From: Alphaproteobacteria bacterium
Lineage (GTDB): Bacteria; Pseudomonadota; Alphaproteobacteria; Bin95
NCBI GenBank assembly: GCA_022825195.1
Contig: JAJDYL010000101.1
Coordinates: forward strand, 7,740 to 71,739
DNA: 64,000 nt
Direction: 5' to 3'
Position numbers and translations under genes: made by a program. The notes beneath the pieces were generated by a model. The model worked only from the letters and a program-made list of their open reading frames with translations. It made no database searches and was not told the DNA's origin. Positions 19,042 through 29,294 of the stretch are shown here, in pieces (position 1 is the stretch's first letter; each line of letters starts with the position of its first letter).

Positions 19042-19869
19042 TTGCCGGCGTCTTTCGAAGTCCGGTTCCGCGGCGTACGTGGCAGCATTGCCTGTCCGGG
19101 GCCGGGAACCGCCCGCTACGGCGGCAATACGGCGTGCATCGAATTGCGCTGCGGCGAGCGGCTCGTGGTCCTCGACGCCGGCACCGGCCTGAGGGGCCTC
19201 GGCGCGGACCTGGCCGGCCGGGGTCCGCTCGAAGCCGACATATTGCTGAGTCACACCCACCTCGACCATGTGGTCGGCCTGCCCTTTTTCACCCCGCTCT
19301 TCGACGCCCGCAGCCGCTTCGCGCTGCGCGCCGGCCATCTGGCGGAGCGGGGCGGCGTGCGCCCTGTGCTGGAGCGCATGCTGTCGCCGGAACTGTTTCC
19401 CGTGCCGCTGGGGGGCTTCGCGGCAGACCTGCGGTGCATCGACTTCCGCGCCGGGGAAGAGTTCGGCCTGGCCGGCGGCATTCATGTGCGCACCGCGCCA
19501 CTCGACCATCCGGGGGGCGCCACCGGCTACCGGGTGGAATTCGAAGGACGGTCGGCCTGCTATGTCAGCGACACGGGCCATGTGCCGGGCAAGCCCAACC
19601 GGGACATCCTGGGACTCATCGAGGGCGCCGATATCGTCATCTATGACGCGATGTTCACCGAGGAGGAGTTCGCGCGCCATCCGCACTGGGGCCACTCAAC
19701 CTGGAACGAGGGCGCGAGGCTCTGCGAGGCGGCGGGTGCGGACAGGCTTGTGCTGTTCCACCACGATCCGCGCCGCGACGACGAGGCCATGGACCGGCTG
19801 GGTGCGGATGCGGCCGCGTGCCGGCCGGGCACGCGGGTAGCGCGGGAAGGCATGGTGCTGAGCCTTTGA
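19042..19869 (+). CDS. MBL-fold metallo-hydrolase
   Basis: HTHLDHVVG metal-binding motif and RYGGNTACIEL N-terminal block. TTG start immediately after the regulator's stop. Confidence 0.7.
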   Translation: MPASFEVRFRGVRGSIACPGPGTARYGGNTACIELRCGERLVVLDAGTGLRGLGADLAGRGPLEADILLSHTHLDHVVGLPFFTPLFDARSRFALRAGHLAERGGVRPVLERMLSPELFPVPLGGFAADLRCIDFRAGEEFGLAGGIHVRTAPLDHPGGATGYRVEFEGRSACYVSDTGHVPGKPNRDILGLIEGADIVIYDAMFTEEEFARHPHWGHSTWNEGARLCEAAGADRLVLFHHDPRRDDEAMDRLGADAAACRPGTRVAREGMVLSL

Positions 19870-19870
19870 G

Positions 19871-20716
19871 GTGGCGGACGTGAGGCGCGGTACCTATCGC
19901 CGGCTCCGGTTGGGGATACCGACGGTCCTGGGCCTGGCGCAGCGCGGCTTTTTCATCCCCTATGCACGCGCGGACAGCGTTGCTCCGCCGCCGCGGCTGG
20001 GTTGGATCGAAGAGCGTTTCGAGGCGGCGCTGCCCGAATTTCTGGCCACAATGGATCTGATCGACGGTTTGGCCGCCGACCTGGGAGCCATAGGCCGGGA
20101 GGCGCCGCCGGAGCCGCGTTGGCATCAGGACTGGTTCCCCCGCCTCGACGCTGCCGTGCTTTATGCCCTGGCGCGCAGCCGCCCGCCGCGCCGGGTCGTC
20201 GAAGTCGGCAGCGGCCATTCCACGCGCTTCCTGCTCCGTGCCCTTCGCGATGGCGGGACGACCGCGGACGTGACCGCAATCGATCCCGCGCCCCGAGCCG
20301 ATCTGACGGGCCTCGGCGATCGTCTTCGGCTGTCGAGAACAACGGTCCAGAAAGCGGGTGAGCAGGCATTTGCGGCTCTGGAAGCCGGCGACTGGCTGGT
20401 GATCGATTCGAGCCACATTGCCATGCCGGGAACGGATGTCGACCTCTTGTTCGGGCGCATAATTCCGCAGCTCCCGGCCGGCGCGATCGTCCACATCCAC
20501 GATATCTTCCTGCCGGATCCATATCCGGAGACGTGGCAGTGGCGGGGCTATAACGAACAACTGGCGGCCGCCCTGCTGCTGGCGGGCAGCTGGCGCCCGA
20601 TCTTCGCAAGCCGCTACATGGCGACCCGACATTCCGAACGGATCGCGGGGTCGGCGGTGGGGGACCTGCCGCTTGCGCCGGGCGCCTGGGAGACGAGCCT
20701 CTGGCTTTCCCGCTGA
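19871..20716 (+). CDS. Class I SAM-dependent methyltransferase (TylF/CmcI-like O-methyltransferase family)
   Basis: VVEVGSGHSTRF SAM-binding motif; family layout IDSSHI...HIHDIF. Confidence 0.6.
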   Translation: MADVRRGTYRRLRLGIPTVLGLAQRGFFIPYARADSVAPPPRLGWIEERFEAALPEFLATMDLIDGLAADLGAIGREAPPEPRWHQDWFPRLDAAVLYALARSRPPRRVVEVGSGHSTRFLLRALRDGGTTADVTAIDPAPRADLTGLGDRLRLSRTTVQKAGEQAFAALEAGDWLVIDSSHIAMPGTDVDLLFGRIIPQLPAGAIVHIHDIFLPDPYPETWQWRGYNEQLAAALLLAGSWRPIFASRYMATRHSERIAGSAVGDLPLAPGAWETSLWLSR

Positions 20717-20739
20717 GCGGCGGCGCCCGTTCGGCCCGT

Positions 20740-21312
20740 TCAATCCGGGGCCGGTTCCCGCCAGCGGCGGACGGTGCCGAGATCGATGTCGAAGAGGTCG
20801 AGGGCGCGCCCGAGCGTGTGGTCGATCATCTCTTCGAGGCTCTCCGGGCGGGCGTAGAACGCCGGCACGGGCGGCATGATGACGGCGCCGTTCTCGCCTG
20901 CCGCCGCCATGGCGCGCAGATGGCCCGCATGCAGCGGCGTTTCGCGGACGAGCAGGACCAGCCGGCGGCGTTCCTTCAGCGTGACGTCGGCAGCACGGGT
21001 GAGCAGGTTCGTCGTCGTGCCCCAGGCGATCTCGGAGAGCGACCGGACCGAGCACGGCGCGACCACCATGCCCTGCGTGCGGAACGAGCCGGACGCGATG
21101 GCGGCCGCAATGTCGCGCGGGTTGTACACCCGGTCCGCAAGCGCCTTCACGTCTGCGGCCTTGCGGTCGGTCTCGTGCGCGAGCGTGACCTCGGCGGACG
21201 CGGTCATCACCAGATGGGTTTCGACGGCGCTCGCCGCCAGGAGTTCCAGCAGGCGCACGCCGTAAACGACGCCGGAGGCGCCGCTGATGCCGATGACGAG
21301 CCGGTCGGTCAT
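20740..21312 (-). CDS. ubiX: Flavin prenyltransferase UbiX
   Basis: LVIGISGASG...GMVVAPCS...VRETPLHAGHLR motifs. 4-nt overlap with the upstream emrB stop. Confidence 0.85.
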   Translation of the reverse strand: MTDRLVIGISGASGVVYGVRLLELLAASAVETHLVMTASAEVTLAHETDRKAADVKALADRVYNPRDIAAAIASGSFRTQGMVVAPCSVRSLSEIAWGTTTNLLTRAADVTLKERRRLVLLVRETPLHAGHLRAMAAAGENGAVIMPPVPAFYARPESLEEMIDHTLGRALDLFDIDLGTVRRWREPAPD

Positions 21313-22892
21313 GCCGATTGCAGCCTCGCCGATGCTGCCGGCTCCTGCAAGCCGGCGCGCGCCATGACGAACGCCGGCAGCAGAGCGGCGAATGCAAGCA
21401 GCCCGATGGCCACGAACACATCCTGAAACGCCTGCGCCTGTGCCTGCGCCAGCATGACCTCGCCCAGATAACGGGCCGCGGTCGCGCTTGCCTCCCCGGG
21501 CCCGAGTCCGCCGGTAGCCGCCAGCCGGCCGACACCGTCCAGTACGGCCATGCTGGCGGCATTGGCGGCGGTCTGCGTGGCGGTGAAGGCCTCGGCGAAC
21601 ACGCCGGTCCGCATCTCGAGCAGGACCACCAGCAGGTTGATGCCGCTGGCGCCGCCGAGCATTCGGGTGAAGTTCACCAGGCCGGAGCCCTGCTGCACCT
21701 GGTCCGGGCGCAGCGCCCTGAGCGAGCCGGTGTTGAGCGAGGGAATGACGAAGGAGAGCCCGAAGCGGTTGATCATGATGAAGATCGCGAAGGTCCAGAA
21801 CGGCGTATCGGCATCCGCCGTGGACATGAGCAGGAAACCGACCCCGAACACGGCAAGCCCGGCCATGATCGGCCAGTGCGCCGGCACGAGGTCGCTGATA
21901 CGCCCCGAGATCGGGAACATGACCGCCATCAGCAGGCCGGCCGGCACCATGAGCAAGCCTGCCCGCGTCGCCGTGTAGCCCTGCACTTCCTGCACGAACA
22001 CGGCGATGACATAGATCGAACCGAACATGCTGAAGCCGAAGACGAAGCCGACGACGAACGCCGAGGCGAAGCGCCCGTTCCGGAACAGCGACAGGTCGAG
22101 CAGCGGCGAGCGTGCCGTCAACTGCCGGAATATGAAGGCCGCCGCGGCGGCGGTGCCGAGGGCAAGCTCGAAGACGATCCGGTCCGAGCTCCAGCCGATC
22201 CGCTGACCGCTGGCGAGGCCGTCCAGAAGGGCCACCAGGGCCGCGGCCAGCAACAGGAAACCCGGCCAGTCGAAGGCCGGACGGGGGCCGGACGTCTCAC
22301 GCTCCGGCATGAAGAGAAGGCCGAGCGGGAGGGCGATCGCCACGCCCGGAAGGGGAATCAGGAAAACCCAGCGCCAGTCGAAGCCGTCTATGGCGAAACC
22401 GCCGAGCGCAGGACCGAAGGCCGGCGCCAGCACGACGCCCAGGCCGAACAGTCCCATCGCCGTGCCGCGCCGCTCGGGCGGAAAGACGCGGAAGAGGATC
22501 TGCATGGAAAGCGGTTGCAGCAGGCCGCCGCAAGCGCCCTGGACCACGCGCGAGAGGATGACGACATCGAGGCTGGGCGCGGCGGCTCCGGCAAAGGAGG
22601 CGGCGGTGAAGGCGGCGAGGGTTGCGGTCAGCACGGCGCGCGCGCCGAAATTGCGAACCAGCCAGGCATTGAGCAGCATGCCGGCCGTCATGGCGGCGAA
22701 ATAGCCGGTCGCGACCCATTGCGCCCGGTCCTGCCCGACGCCGAACGCGCCCATGATATGCGGCACGGCCACCGTGACGCTGGTCGACGAAAGCACCATG
22801 GCGATCATGGCGACCAGGGCCGTGCCGCTCGCCCACCAGCGATATTGCGCGCCGAAGCGCTCCGTCAGGACCTCAACGGTCTCGGACGTCAA
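21309..22892 (-). CDS. emrB: MFS drug efflux transporter, DHA2 (EmrB/QacA) family, 14 TMS
   Basis: 527 aa, MFS motifs, typical DHA2 length. Confidence 0.85.
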   Translation of the reverse strand: MTSETVEVLTERFGAQYRWWASGTALVAMIAMVLSSTSVTVAVPHIMGAFGVGQDRAQWVATGYFAAMTAGMLLNAWLVRNFGARAVLTATLAAFTAASFAGAAAPSLDVVILSRVVQGACGGLLQPLSMQILFRVFPPERRGTAMGLFGLGVVLAPAFGPALGGFAIDGFDWRWVFLIPLPGVAIALPLGLLFMPERETSGPRPAFDWPGFLLLAAALVALLDGLASGQRIGWSSDRIVFELALGTAAAAAFIFRQLTARSPLLDLSLFRNGRFASAFVVGFVFGFSMFGSIYVIAVFVQEVQGYTATRAGLLMVPAGLLMAVMFPISGRISDLVPAHWPIMAGLAVFGVGFLLMSTADADTPFWTFAIFIMINRFGLSFVIPSLNTGSLRALRPDQVQQGSGLVNFTRMLGGASGINLLVVLLEMRTGVFAEAFTATQTAANAASMAVLDGVGRLAATGGLGPGEASATAARYLGEVMLAQAQAQAFQDVFVAIGLLAFAALLPAFVMARAGLQEPAASARLQSA

Positions 22893-24006
22893 TGTTCACT
22901 TCCACCATCATGCCCGGCAGGAGCGTCATGCCGTTGCGCTCAAGCCCTATGCGCACCGGCACGCGCTGGGTGATCTTGGTGAAGTTGCCGCTCGGATTGG
23001 GTGTGGGGAGCAGGGCGAAATTGGCGGTGGTGGTGCTGCCGATGCGCTCCACGGTGCCCCGGAACCCGGTTTCCGGATAGGCATCCACGGACACGGCCAC
23101 CGCCTGGCCGACCTTGAGCCGGCTGAGTTCCGTTTCCTTGATGTTGGCCTCGATCCAGAGGTCGCTCGGATCGTGCAGCAGCAGCATGCGCTGGCCGTCG
23201 TTCACGAACTCGCCTTGCTCCACGAAGATGCGGTCGATCAGCCCGTCATTGGGCGCGCGCATCAGCCGGTCGTCCACGTCGACCCGCTGCTGATCCAGTT
23301 CGGCCAGCAGCCGGGTGGTGCGATGATCCAGCATGGCGAGCTCGGAATCGATGACCTCGAGACGGCGCCGTTCGGCCTCGGCTTCGGCCATCTGGGCGCG
23401 CGCGGCCTGCGTCTCGGCATCGACCTTCCGCAGGTCGGCCTCGATCCGGTCCACCTTGGAACTCGCCTGATCGAGGGCCTGCTTGGAAACCACCCGCCGT
23501 TCATACAGCGCCCGGGCGCGGCGGAGTTCGGATCGTGCGAGATCGAGGTCCGTGAGCAGCACCGAGCGGCCGGCCCGGCTCGCGCGGACATCGCTCTCGC
23601 GAGTGCGCATTCTGGTCGAGGTCTGGGCGTCCATGACGCCGCGCTCAACAAGCAGCCGCCGCCGCTCGGCTTCGAGGCCCGCGAGCTCGGCTTCGAGGCC
23701 CTGGACCCTGAGTTTCGGAATGCGGTCGTCCAGGCGGGCCAGAACCTGTCCGCCCTGCACGCGGTCTCCCTCCTCGACCGAGAGTTCGAGAATCACGCCG
23801 TCCACCTTGCTTGCGAGCGTCACCATGTTCGCCTTGATGCGCGCGTCATATTCGTGGACATGCGTGAAGCGGTCCCACACCTCGCGCGCGCCATAGGCGA
23901 GCGCCGCGCAGGCGATGAGCGCAATCGCGAGATAACGCAGCCGCCGCATGGCGCCGCCGCGCCGCGGCGGCGGGGCGGCAACAGAGCTCTCAGGCGTTTC
24001 GGCCAT
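22873..24006 (-). CDS. emrA: HlyD-family membrane fusion protein (EmrA-like)
   Basis: N-terminal TM segment, coiled-coil with RRRLEV repeats, C-terminal beta-barrel. Confidence 0.85.
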   Translation of the reverse strand: MAETPESSVAAPPPRRGGAMRRLRYLAIALIACAALAYGAREVWDRFTHVHEYDARIKANMVTLASKVDGVILELSVEEGDRVQGGQVLARLDDRIPKLRVQGLEAELAGLEAERRRLLVERGVMDAQTSTRMRTRESDVRASRAGRSVLLTDLDLARSELRRARALYERRVVSKQALDQASSKVDRIEADLRKVDAETQAARAQMAEAEAERRRLEVIDSELAMLDHRTTRLLAELDQQRVDVDDRLMRAPNDGLIDRIFVEQGEFVNDGQRMLLLHDPSDLWIEANIKETELSRLKVGQAVAVSVDAYPETGFRGTVERIGSTTTANFALLPTPNPSGNFTKITQRVPVRIGLERNGMTLLPGMMVEVNIDVRDR

Positions 24007-24508
24007 TGTCCCGGTCCCCGTTCAGCATTTCCAGGCGATTGCGTATCGAGTTGAAGACGTGGAGGCAGATATCGAGATGTTGCGGGTCGATATCTTCCGT
24101 CAGCTCCTGGCGGAGCTCCCTGCCGACCCGGTCGATTTCGTCCAGCAGCGGCATGGCGGCCCGGGTCAGCCGCACCGTCTTGGCCCGCCGGTCGTCCGGT
24201 GCATCGCGACGCTCGATGAGGCCGTCGCGGGCGAGCGCGTCCAATTGCGGCACCAGGGTCGAATCCCGTATGCCGACCCTGAGCGCCAGCCGGCCCTGGG
24301 TCAGTCCGTCCGGGTAGGCGCTGAGATGAATCAGCGCCGCCCAGCGCGCCTGCGAAAGCCCGAGCGGCCTGAGCCGTGCATCGAGCGCCTGGCGCCAGAG
24401 CCGCGCCAGTTCGGCGAGCTTCAGGCCGAAACGATGGTCTGTCTCAAGCCCGGCCGCCTTCTCCATGTTCGCCTCCTCATAATTCACTACCAATATATTA
24501 GGACACAA
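23990..24508 (-). CDS. MarR-family transcriptional regulator
   Basis: Winged-helix MarR layout (GLTQGRLALRVGIRDSTLVPQLDALARDGLIERR). Confidence 0.8.
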   Translation of the reverse strand: MCPNILVVNYEEANMEKAAGLETDHRFGLKLAELARLWRQALDARLRPLGLSQARWAALIHLSAYPDGLTQGRLALRVGIRDSTLVPQLDALARDGLIERRDAPDDRRAKTVRLTRAAMPLLDEIDRVGRELRQELTEDIDPQHLDICLHVFNSIRNRLEMLNGDRDNGRNA

Positions 24509-24654
24509 AAGATTCGGTTGGAAGGGTTTTCACCCGGCCGCCCTGCGGGCCATGCCGGTCCCGGACGCGGCGGCTGCGCACCTCACGCCGGCAAAGCCAC
24601 CCCCGGTGCGCCGCATGCGCTACGATAGCTGCCGTTCAAACGGAGACCGGACCG

Positions 24655-26970
24655 ATGCCTGACGGGACGCAGACCGCATTCGGGGCAAGCCACTGGGGCG
24701 CTTTCACCGCCGAGACGAAAGATGGACGGCTGGTCGGCGTTACGCCGTTCCACAAGGACCCCAACCCTGCGCCCTTTATCCGGGCGTTGCCGGATGCGGT
24801 CCACGCCGAATGCCGCATCGCGGCGCCTGCCGTGCGCAAGTCCTGGCTGGAAAACGGGCCGGGCGCCAACACCGCGGCGCGCGGCGCGGAGCCCTTCGTA
24901 CAGGTGAGCTGGGACCGGGCGCTCGACCTGGTGGCGGCCGAGCTGCAGCGGGTCCGGCGGGACCATGGCAACGAAGCCATCTACGGCAGTTCCGGCTGGG
25001 GCAGTGCGGGCGCCTTCCACCATGCGCGCAGCCAGCTTGCGCGCTTCCTCAATCTCCATGGCGGTTTCGTCGACCAGGTGACGAGTTTCAGCGTCGGCGC
25101 GGCGAGCGTCATCGTTCCGCGCATCGTCGGCTCGATGCAGCCGGTGTTCGGGCCGGTCAACACATGGCCCGCGATTGTGGAGCACACAGAACTGATGGTG
25201 GCGTTCGGCGGCATGCCGCCCAAGAACGCCATGGTCAACCAGGGCGGCGTCGGCGCGCACGACGCCCCCGGCTGGCATCGGCGCGCCGCGGAGTCCGGCA
25301 CCCGGTTCGTGTGCATCGGCCCGATCCGCGACGACACGGGGAAGGAAGTCCGGGCGGAATGGCTCGCTGTCCGGCCCAACACCGACCTCGCGATCATGCT
25401 GGGTCTTGCGCACACGCTTCTCAGCGAAGGCCTGCACGATGAGGGTTTCCTTGAGCGTTACTGCACGGGATTCGACAGGCTGGCCGCCTACCTCCTCGGC
25501 GAGGCGGACGGGATCGTCCGGGACGCCGACTGGGCCTCCGGCATTTGCGGGCTGCCGGCCGAAACGATCCGCAGCCTCGCCCGCAGCATGGCGTCCTCCC
25601 GCACGCTGATCGGCGTCAGTTGGTCGGTCCAGCGCGCCGACCGGGGAGAGCAGCCCTACTGGATGACGATCGCGCTCGCGGCGATGCTGGGGCAGATCGG
25701 CCTGCCGGGCGGCGGGTTCGGCTTCGGCTACGGCGCCATGCACGGTATCGGCGACCCGACCCGGCAGGTGGCGCCGCCCAGGCTTCCCACAGGGAAGAAC
25801 GACATCGCCAACACGATTCCGGTGGCGCGGCTGGCGGACATGCTGCTCAACCCGGGCGCGCCATACAGTTTCAACGGAGAGGACCGCCGCTATCCCGATA
25901 TCCGGCTGATCTACTGGTGCGGGGGCAACCCGTTTCACAAGCACCAGGACCTGAACAACCTGCTTCGGGGCTGGGCGAAACCGGACACCATCGTGATTCA
26001 CGAGCCCTGGTGGACGCCGGCGGCCAAGCGCGCCGACATCGTGCTGCCCTGCACGACCACGTTGGAGCGCAACGACATCGCGGCATCGAACTTCGACCGC
26101 TTCGTCATTGCCAGCCAGCAGGCCATCGAGCCGCTGGGCGAAGCGCGCAGCGAATACGGGATATACAGCGCGCTGGCGGACCGGCTCGGTTTTGCCGAGG
26201 CCTTTACCGAAGGCCGCAGCGAGCTGGACTGGCTGCGCCATCTCTACGACCTCTATCGACAGCGCGTCGCGAAGGACGGCATCGAGATGCCCGGCTTCGA
26301 CGCCTTCTGGGAGACCGGCTACTTCGAAATCCCCGCGCAGGCGAGTCCGCCCGTCCCCTTTGCCGATTTCCGCGCGGACCCGGAGGGCGCGCCGCTCAGA
26401 ACCCCATCGGGGCGGATCGAGATCTATTCGGAGACCATCGCCGGATTCGGCTATGACGATGCGCCGGGACACCCGACCTGGGTGGACCCGGTGGAATGGC
26501 TCGGCGGCGGCGAGGCTGAGCGGTACCCGCTGCACATGCTCTCGAACCAGCCGCGCGCGCGGCTCCACAGCCAGCTGGACTGCGGATCGGTGAGCCGGGG
26601 CGCCAAGGTCGCCGGCCGCGAAGCAATGCGGATAAACCCCGACGACGCAGCGCAGAGGGGCATCGCCGACGGCGACATCGTGCGCGTGTTCAACGACCGG
26701 GGCGCCTGCCTTGCCGGCGCCGTCCTCAGCGATGCGATTCGTCCCGGCGTGGTCGAGCTTGCGACCGGCGCCTGGTTCGATCCCGTCGATCCGGCAGTGC
26801 CCGGCAGCCTGGAAAAGCACGGCAACCCGAATGTGCTCACCACGGACAAGCCGACCTCGACGCTGACCCAGTGCAGTGCGGCCCAGACTGCGCTCGTCGA
26901 GGTCGAGCGGTTCGAGGGAGAGCCGCCCGCCATCACCGCATTCACGCCCCCGACCCTGATCGAAGCGTGA
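24655..26970 (+). CDS. Molybdopterin-dependent S-/N-oxide reductase (DMSO-reductase family, BisC/TorZ-like, no Fe-S or Tat leader)
   Basis: 771 aa. N-terminal HWGAF...G(R/K)LVGV and overall layout of cytoplasmic biotin-sulfoxide-type reductases. Confidence 0.75.
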   Translation: MPDGTQTAFGASHWGAFTAETKDGRLVGVTPFHKDPNPAPFIRALPDAVHAECRIAAPAVRKSWLENGPGANTAARGAEPFVQVSWDRALDLVAAELQRVRRDHGNEAIYGSSGWGSAGAFHHARSQLARFLNLHGGFVDQVTSFSVGAASVIVPRIVGSMQPVFGPVNTWPAIVEHTELMVAFGGMPPKNAMVNQGGVGAHDAPGWHRRAAESGTRFVCIGPIRDDTGKEVRAEWLAVRPNTDLAIMLGLAHTLLSEGLHDEGFLERYCTGFDRLAAYLLGEADGIVRDADWASGICGLPAETIRSLARSMASSRTLIGVSWSVQRADRGEQPYWMTIALAAMLGQIGLPGGGFGFGYGAMHGIGDPTRQVAPPRLPTGKNDIANTIPVARLADMLLNPGAPYSFNGEDRRYPDIRLIYWCGGNPFHKHQDLNNLLRGWAKPDTIVIHEPWWTPAAKRADIVLPCTTTLERNDIAASNFDRFVIASQQAIEPLGEARSEYGIYSALADRLGFAEAFTEGRSELDWLRHLYDLYRQRVAKDGIEMPGFDAFWETGYFEIPAQASPPVPFADFRADPEGAPLRTPSGRIEIYSETIAGFGYDDAPGHPTWVDPVEWLGGGEAERYPLHMLSNQPRARLHSQLDCGSVSRGAKVAGREAMRINPDDAAQRGIADGDIVRVFNDRGACLAGAVLSDAIRPGVVELATGAWFDPVDPAVPGSLEKHGNPNVLTTDKPTSTLTQCSAAQTALVEVERFEGEPPAITAFTPPTLIEA

Positions 26971-26976
26971 GGGGCA

Positions 26977-28434
26977 TTGCCGGTGACCGGGAAAGGCAAG
27001 ACCAACCTCCTGATCCTGATGTCGGACGAGCACCAGGCGCGTGCGATGGGTGCGGCGGGGCATCCCATCGTGCAGACCCCGCACCTCGACGCCCTCGCGG
27101 CGCGCGGCATGCGCTTCACCGATGCCTATACGCCCTGTCCGATCTGCGTGCCTGCGCGGGCGGCGTTCGCCACCGGGCAATATGTCCACCGGCTGCGCCT
27201 CTGGGACAACGCCATGCCCTATACGGGCAAGACACCCGGCTGGGGCTACGCGCTGCAGGCGAGCGGCGTGCCCGTCGAGTCCATCGGCAAGCTGCATTAC
27301 CGCGACGCGGAGGACCCGACGGGCTTCGACCGCCAGACGATTCCGATGAATGTGGCGGGCGGCGTCGGGATGGTCTGGGCCGCAACGCGCTCGCTGGAAG
27401 AGCGCGTCAGGCCCGGAAGCCGCATGCTGGGCGACTATATCGGCCCCGGCGTGAGCCCCTATACCGCCTACGACGCCGAGGTGACGGCTTGCACCGTGAA
27501 CTGGCTGAAGGACCGGTCGGGCGATGAGAGCCCCTGGTGCCTGTTCGTCGGGCTTGTCGCGCCGCATTTCCCGCTCGTCTGCCCGCAGGCGTTCTACGAC
27601 CTCTATCCGCTGGACAGCCTCCCCGAGGTCAAGCTGGGCCCCGGCAGCGGGTATGAGCCGCACCCCTGGGTCAGGCTGCATGACGACCTGCTGGACACGG
27701 AGAACGCATTCCGGGATGCAGAAGAGCGCCTGCGCGCCATGGCCGCCTATTACGGGCTCTGCTCCTATCTCGACGACAATATCGGGAAGATTCTGGCTGC
27801 GCTGGACGAGGCGGGGCTAAGCGGCAGCACGACAGTCGTCTACACCTCGGACCATGGCGAGGACCTCGGCGCGCGCGGTTCCTGGGGCAAGGGCAATTTC
27901 TACGAGGAGGCAGCTGCGGTGCCGCTGATCCTGGCCGGTCCGGATGCGCCCCGGGGCGTCTGCGGCACGCCGGTGAGCCTGCTCGACCTCTCCGAAACGA
28001 TCCTCGACCATTTCGAGGCGGGGCTCGCAACCGACCGGCCCGGCAAATCCCTCTACGCCATCGCGGCCGAACCCCGCGACGACGGGCGCGCCGTATTCTC
28101 CGAATACCACGCCATAGGCGCGGTCGAGGGCGGCTTCATGCTGCGCCAGGGGGACCTGAAGCTGATCCATTACGAGGGCTTCCGGCCGGAACTCTTCGAC
28201 CTCGCAGCGGACCCCGAGGAACTCGAAGACCTGTCGCAGGATCCGGCCTATGCCGGGCGGCTTGCGGACCTCTATGCCGAACTGGCGCGAATCTGCTCGA
28301 CCGCGGACGTGAACAGGCAGGCCCATGCGGACCAGGCCGCGCTCGTCGCGTCATTCGGCGGCAGGGAGGCGGCGGCGACTCTCGGCGCGCCCGGCGCCAC
28401 GCCGCCGCCGTCCGTCAGGACGAAACACGCCTAA
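26977..28434 (+). CDS. Formylglycine-dependent sulfatase
   Basis: Sulfatase N-terminal LLILMSDEHQ and the C-x-P-x-R maturation motif (CVPAR). Confidence 0.8.
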   Translation: MPVTGKGKTNLLILMSDEHQARAMGAAGHPIVQTPHLDALAARGMRFTDAYTPCPICVPARAAFATGQYVHRLRLWDNAMPYTGKTPGWGYALQASGVPVESIGKLHYRDAEDPTGFDRQTIPMNVAGGVGMVWAATRSLEERVRPGSRMLGDYIGPGVSPYTAYDAEVTACTVNWLKDRSGDESPWCLFVGLVAPHFPLVCPQAFYDLYPLDSLPEVKLGPGSGYEPHPWVRLHDDLLDTENAFRDAEERLRAMAAYYGLCSYLDDNIGKILAALDEAGLSGSTTVVYTSDHGEDLGARGSWGKGNFYEEAAAVPLILAGPDAPRGVCGTPVSLLDLSETILDHFEAGLATDRPGKSLYAIAAEPRDDGRAVFSEYHAIGAVEGGFMLRQGDLKLIHYEGFRPELFDLAADPEELEDLSQDPAYAGRLADLYAELARICSTADVNRQAHADQAALVASFGGREAAATLGAPGATPPPSVRTKHA

Positions 28435-29291
28435 TCCTTCGGCCGGTCCTCCCAGGAGACGACCGTCTGGCGGGCTTCGCCGAGGCCCTCTATGCCGAGA
28501 TGCACCTCGTCGCCGACATCGAGGAAGCGCGGCGGCTTCATGGCGCTGCCGACGCCGGGGGGCGTGCCGGTCATGACGACGTCGCCAGGCATGAGCGTCA
28601 TGAAGCGGCTGGCGTAGGCGACGGCCTGGACGACCGAGAAGATCATCTTGCCGGTATTGCCGGTCTGCATCCGCTCGCCGTTCACATTCAGGAACATGGC
28701 GAGGTTCTGCACGTCGGCGATCTCGTCCTTCGTCACCAGCCACGGGCCGATGGGCGCGAAGCTGTCATGGCTCTTGCCCTTGGTCCACTGGCCGGAACGC
28801 CGGGTCTGGAACTCGCGCTCCGAGACGTCGTTGCCGAGCGCGAAACCGGCGACATGGTCCATGACCTCGTCTTCGCCGATATATTGCGCCTTCGAGCCCA
28901 TGACGACGACGAGTTCCACCTCCCAGTCGAGCATGGTCGAGTCGACCGGCTTGACGATGGGGTCGTTCGGGCCCGTCAACGCCGTGACCGGCTTCTGGAA
29001 GTAGATCGCGTCCTTGGGGATCGTCGCGCCCACCTCGTTGGCGTGGTCGATATAGTTGAGGCCGACGCAGAGCACCTTGGCCGTGCCCGTGACCGGCAGG
29101 CCGAGGCGCGGCGACCCGGAGACCGCCGGCAGGGCCGCGGGATCGAGGCCCGCCAACCGCTCCAGGCCCGCGGGCGAAATCGCCTCGGGTCCGAGGTCCG
29201 CGATCTCGCCCGAGAGGTCGCGGACGACGCCCCCGGCATCCAGCAGGCCCGGCTTTTCCTGGCCCCTCGGGCCGTAACGCAACAATTTCAT
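28431..29291 (-). CDS. Fumarylacetoacetate-hydrolase (FAH) family hydratase/decarboxylase
   Basis: FAH fold motifs (KVLCVGLNYIDH, GTPPGVG). Confidence 0.8.
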   Translation of the reverse strand: MKLLRYGPRGQEKPGLLDAGGVVRDLSGEIADLGPEAISPAGLERLAGLDPAALPAVSGSPRLGLPVTGTAKVLCVGLNYIDHANEVGATIPKDAIYFQKPVTALTGPNDPIVKPVDSTMLDWEVELVVVMGSKAQYIGEDEVMDHVAGFALGNDVSEREFQTRRSGQWTKGKSHDSFAPIGPWLVTKDEIADVQNLAMFLNVNGERMQTGNTGKMIFSVVQAVAYASRFMTLMPGDVVMTGTPPGVGSAMKPPRFLDVGDEVHLGIEGLGEARQTVVSWEDRPKD

Positions 29292-29294
29292 CTT

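Noticed and set aside
24509-24654. MarR operator palindrome in the marR / Mo-oxidoreductase divergent region
   Set aside because: I could not identify a convincing inverted repeat by eye (only ttcactaccaatatattaggac, which is not palindromic). Left unannotated.
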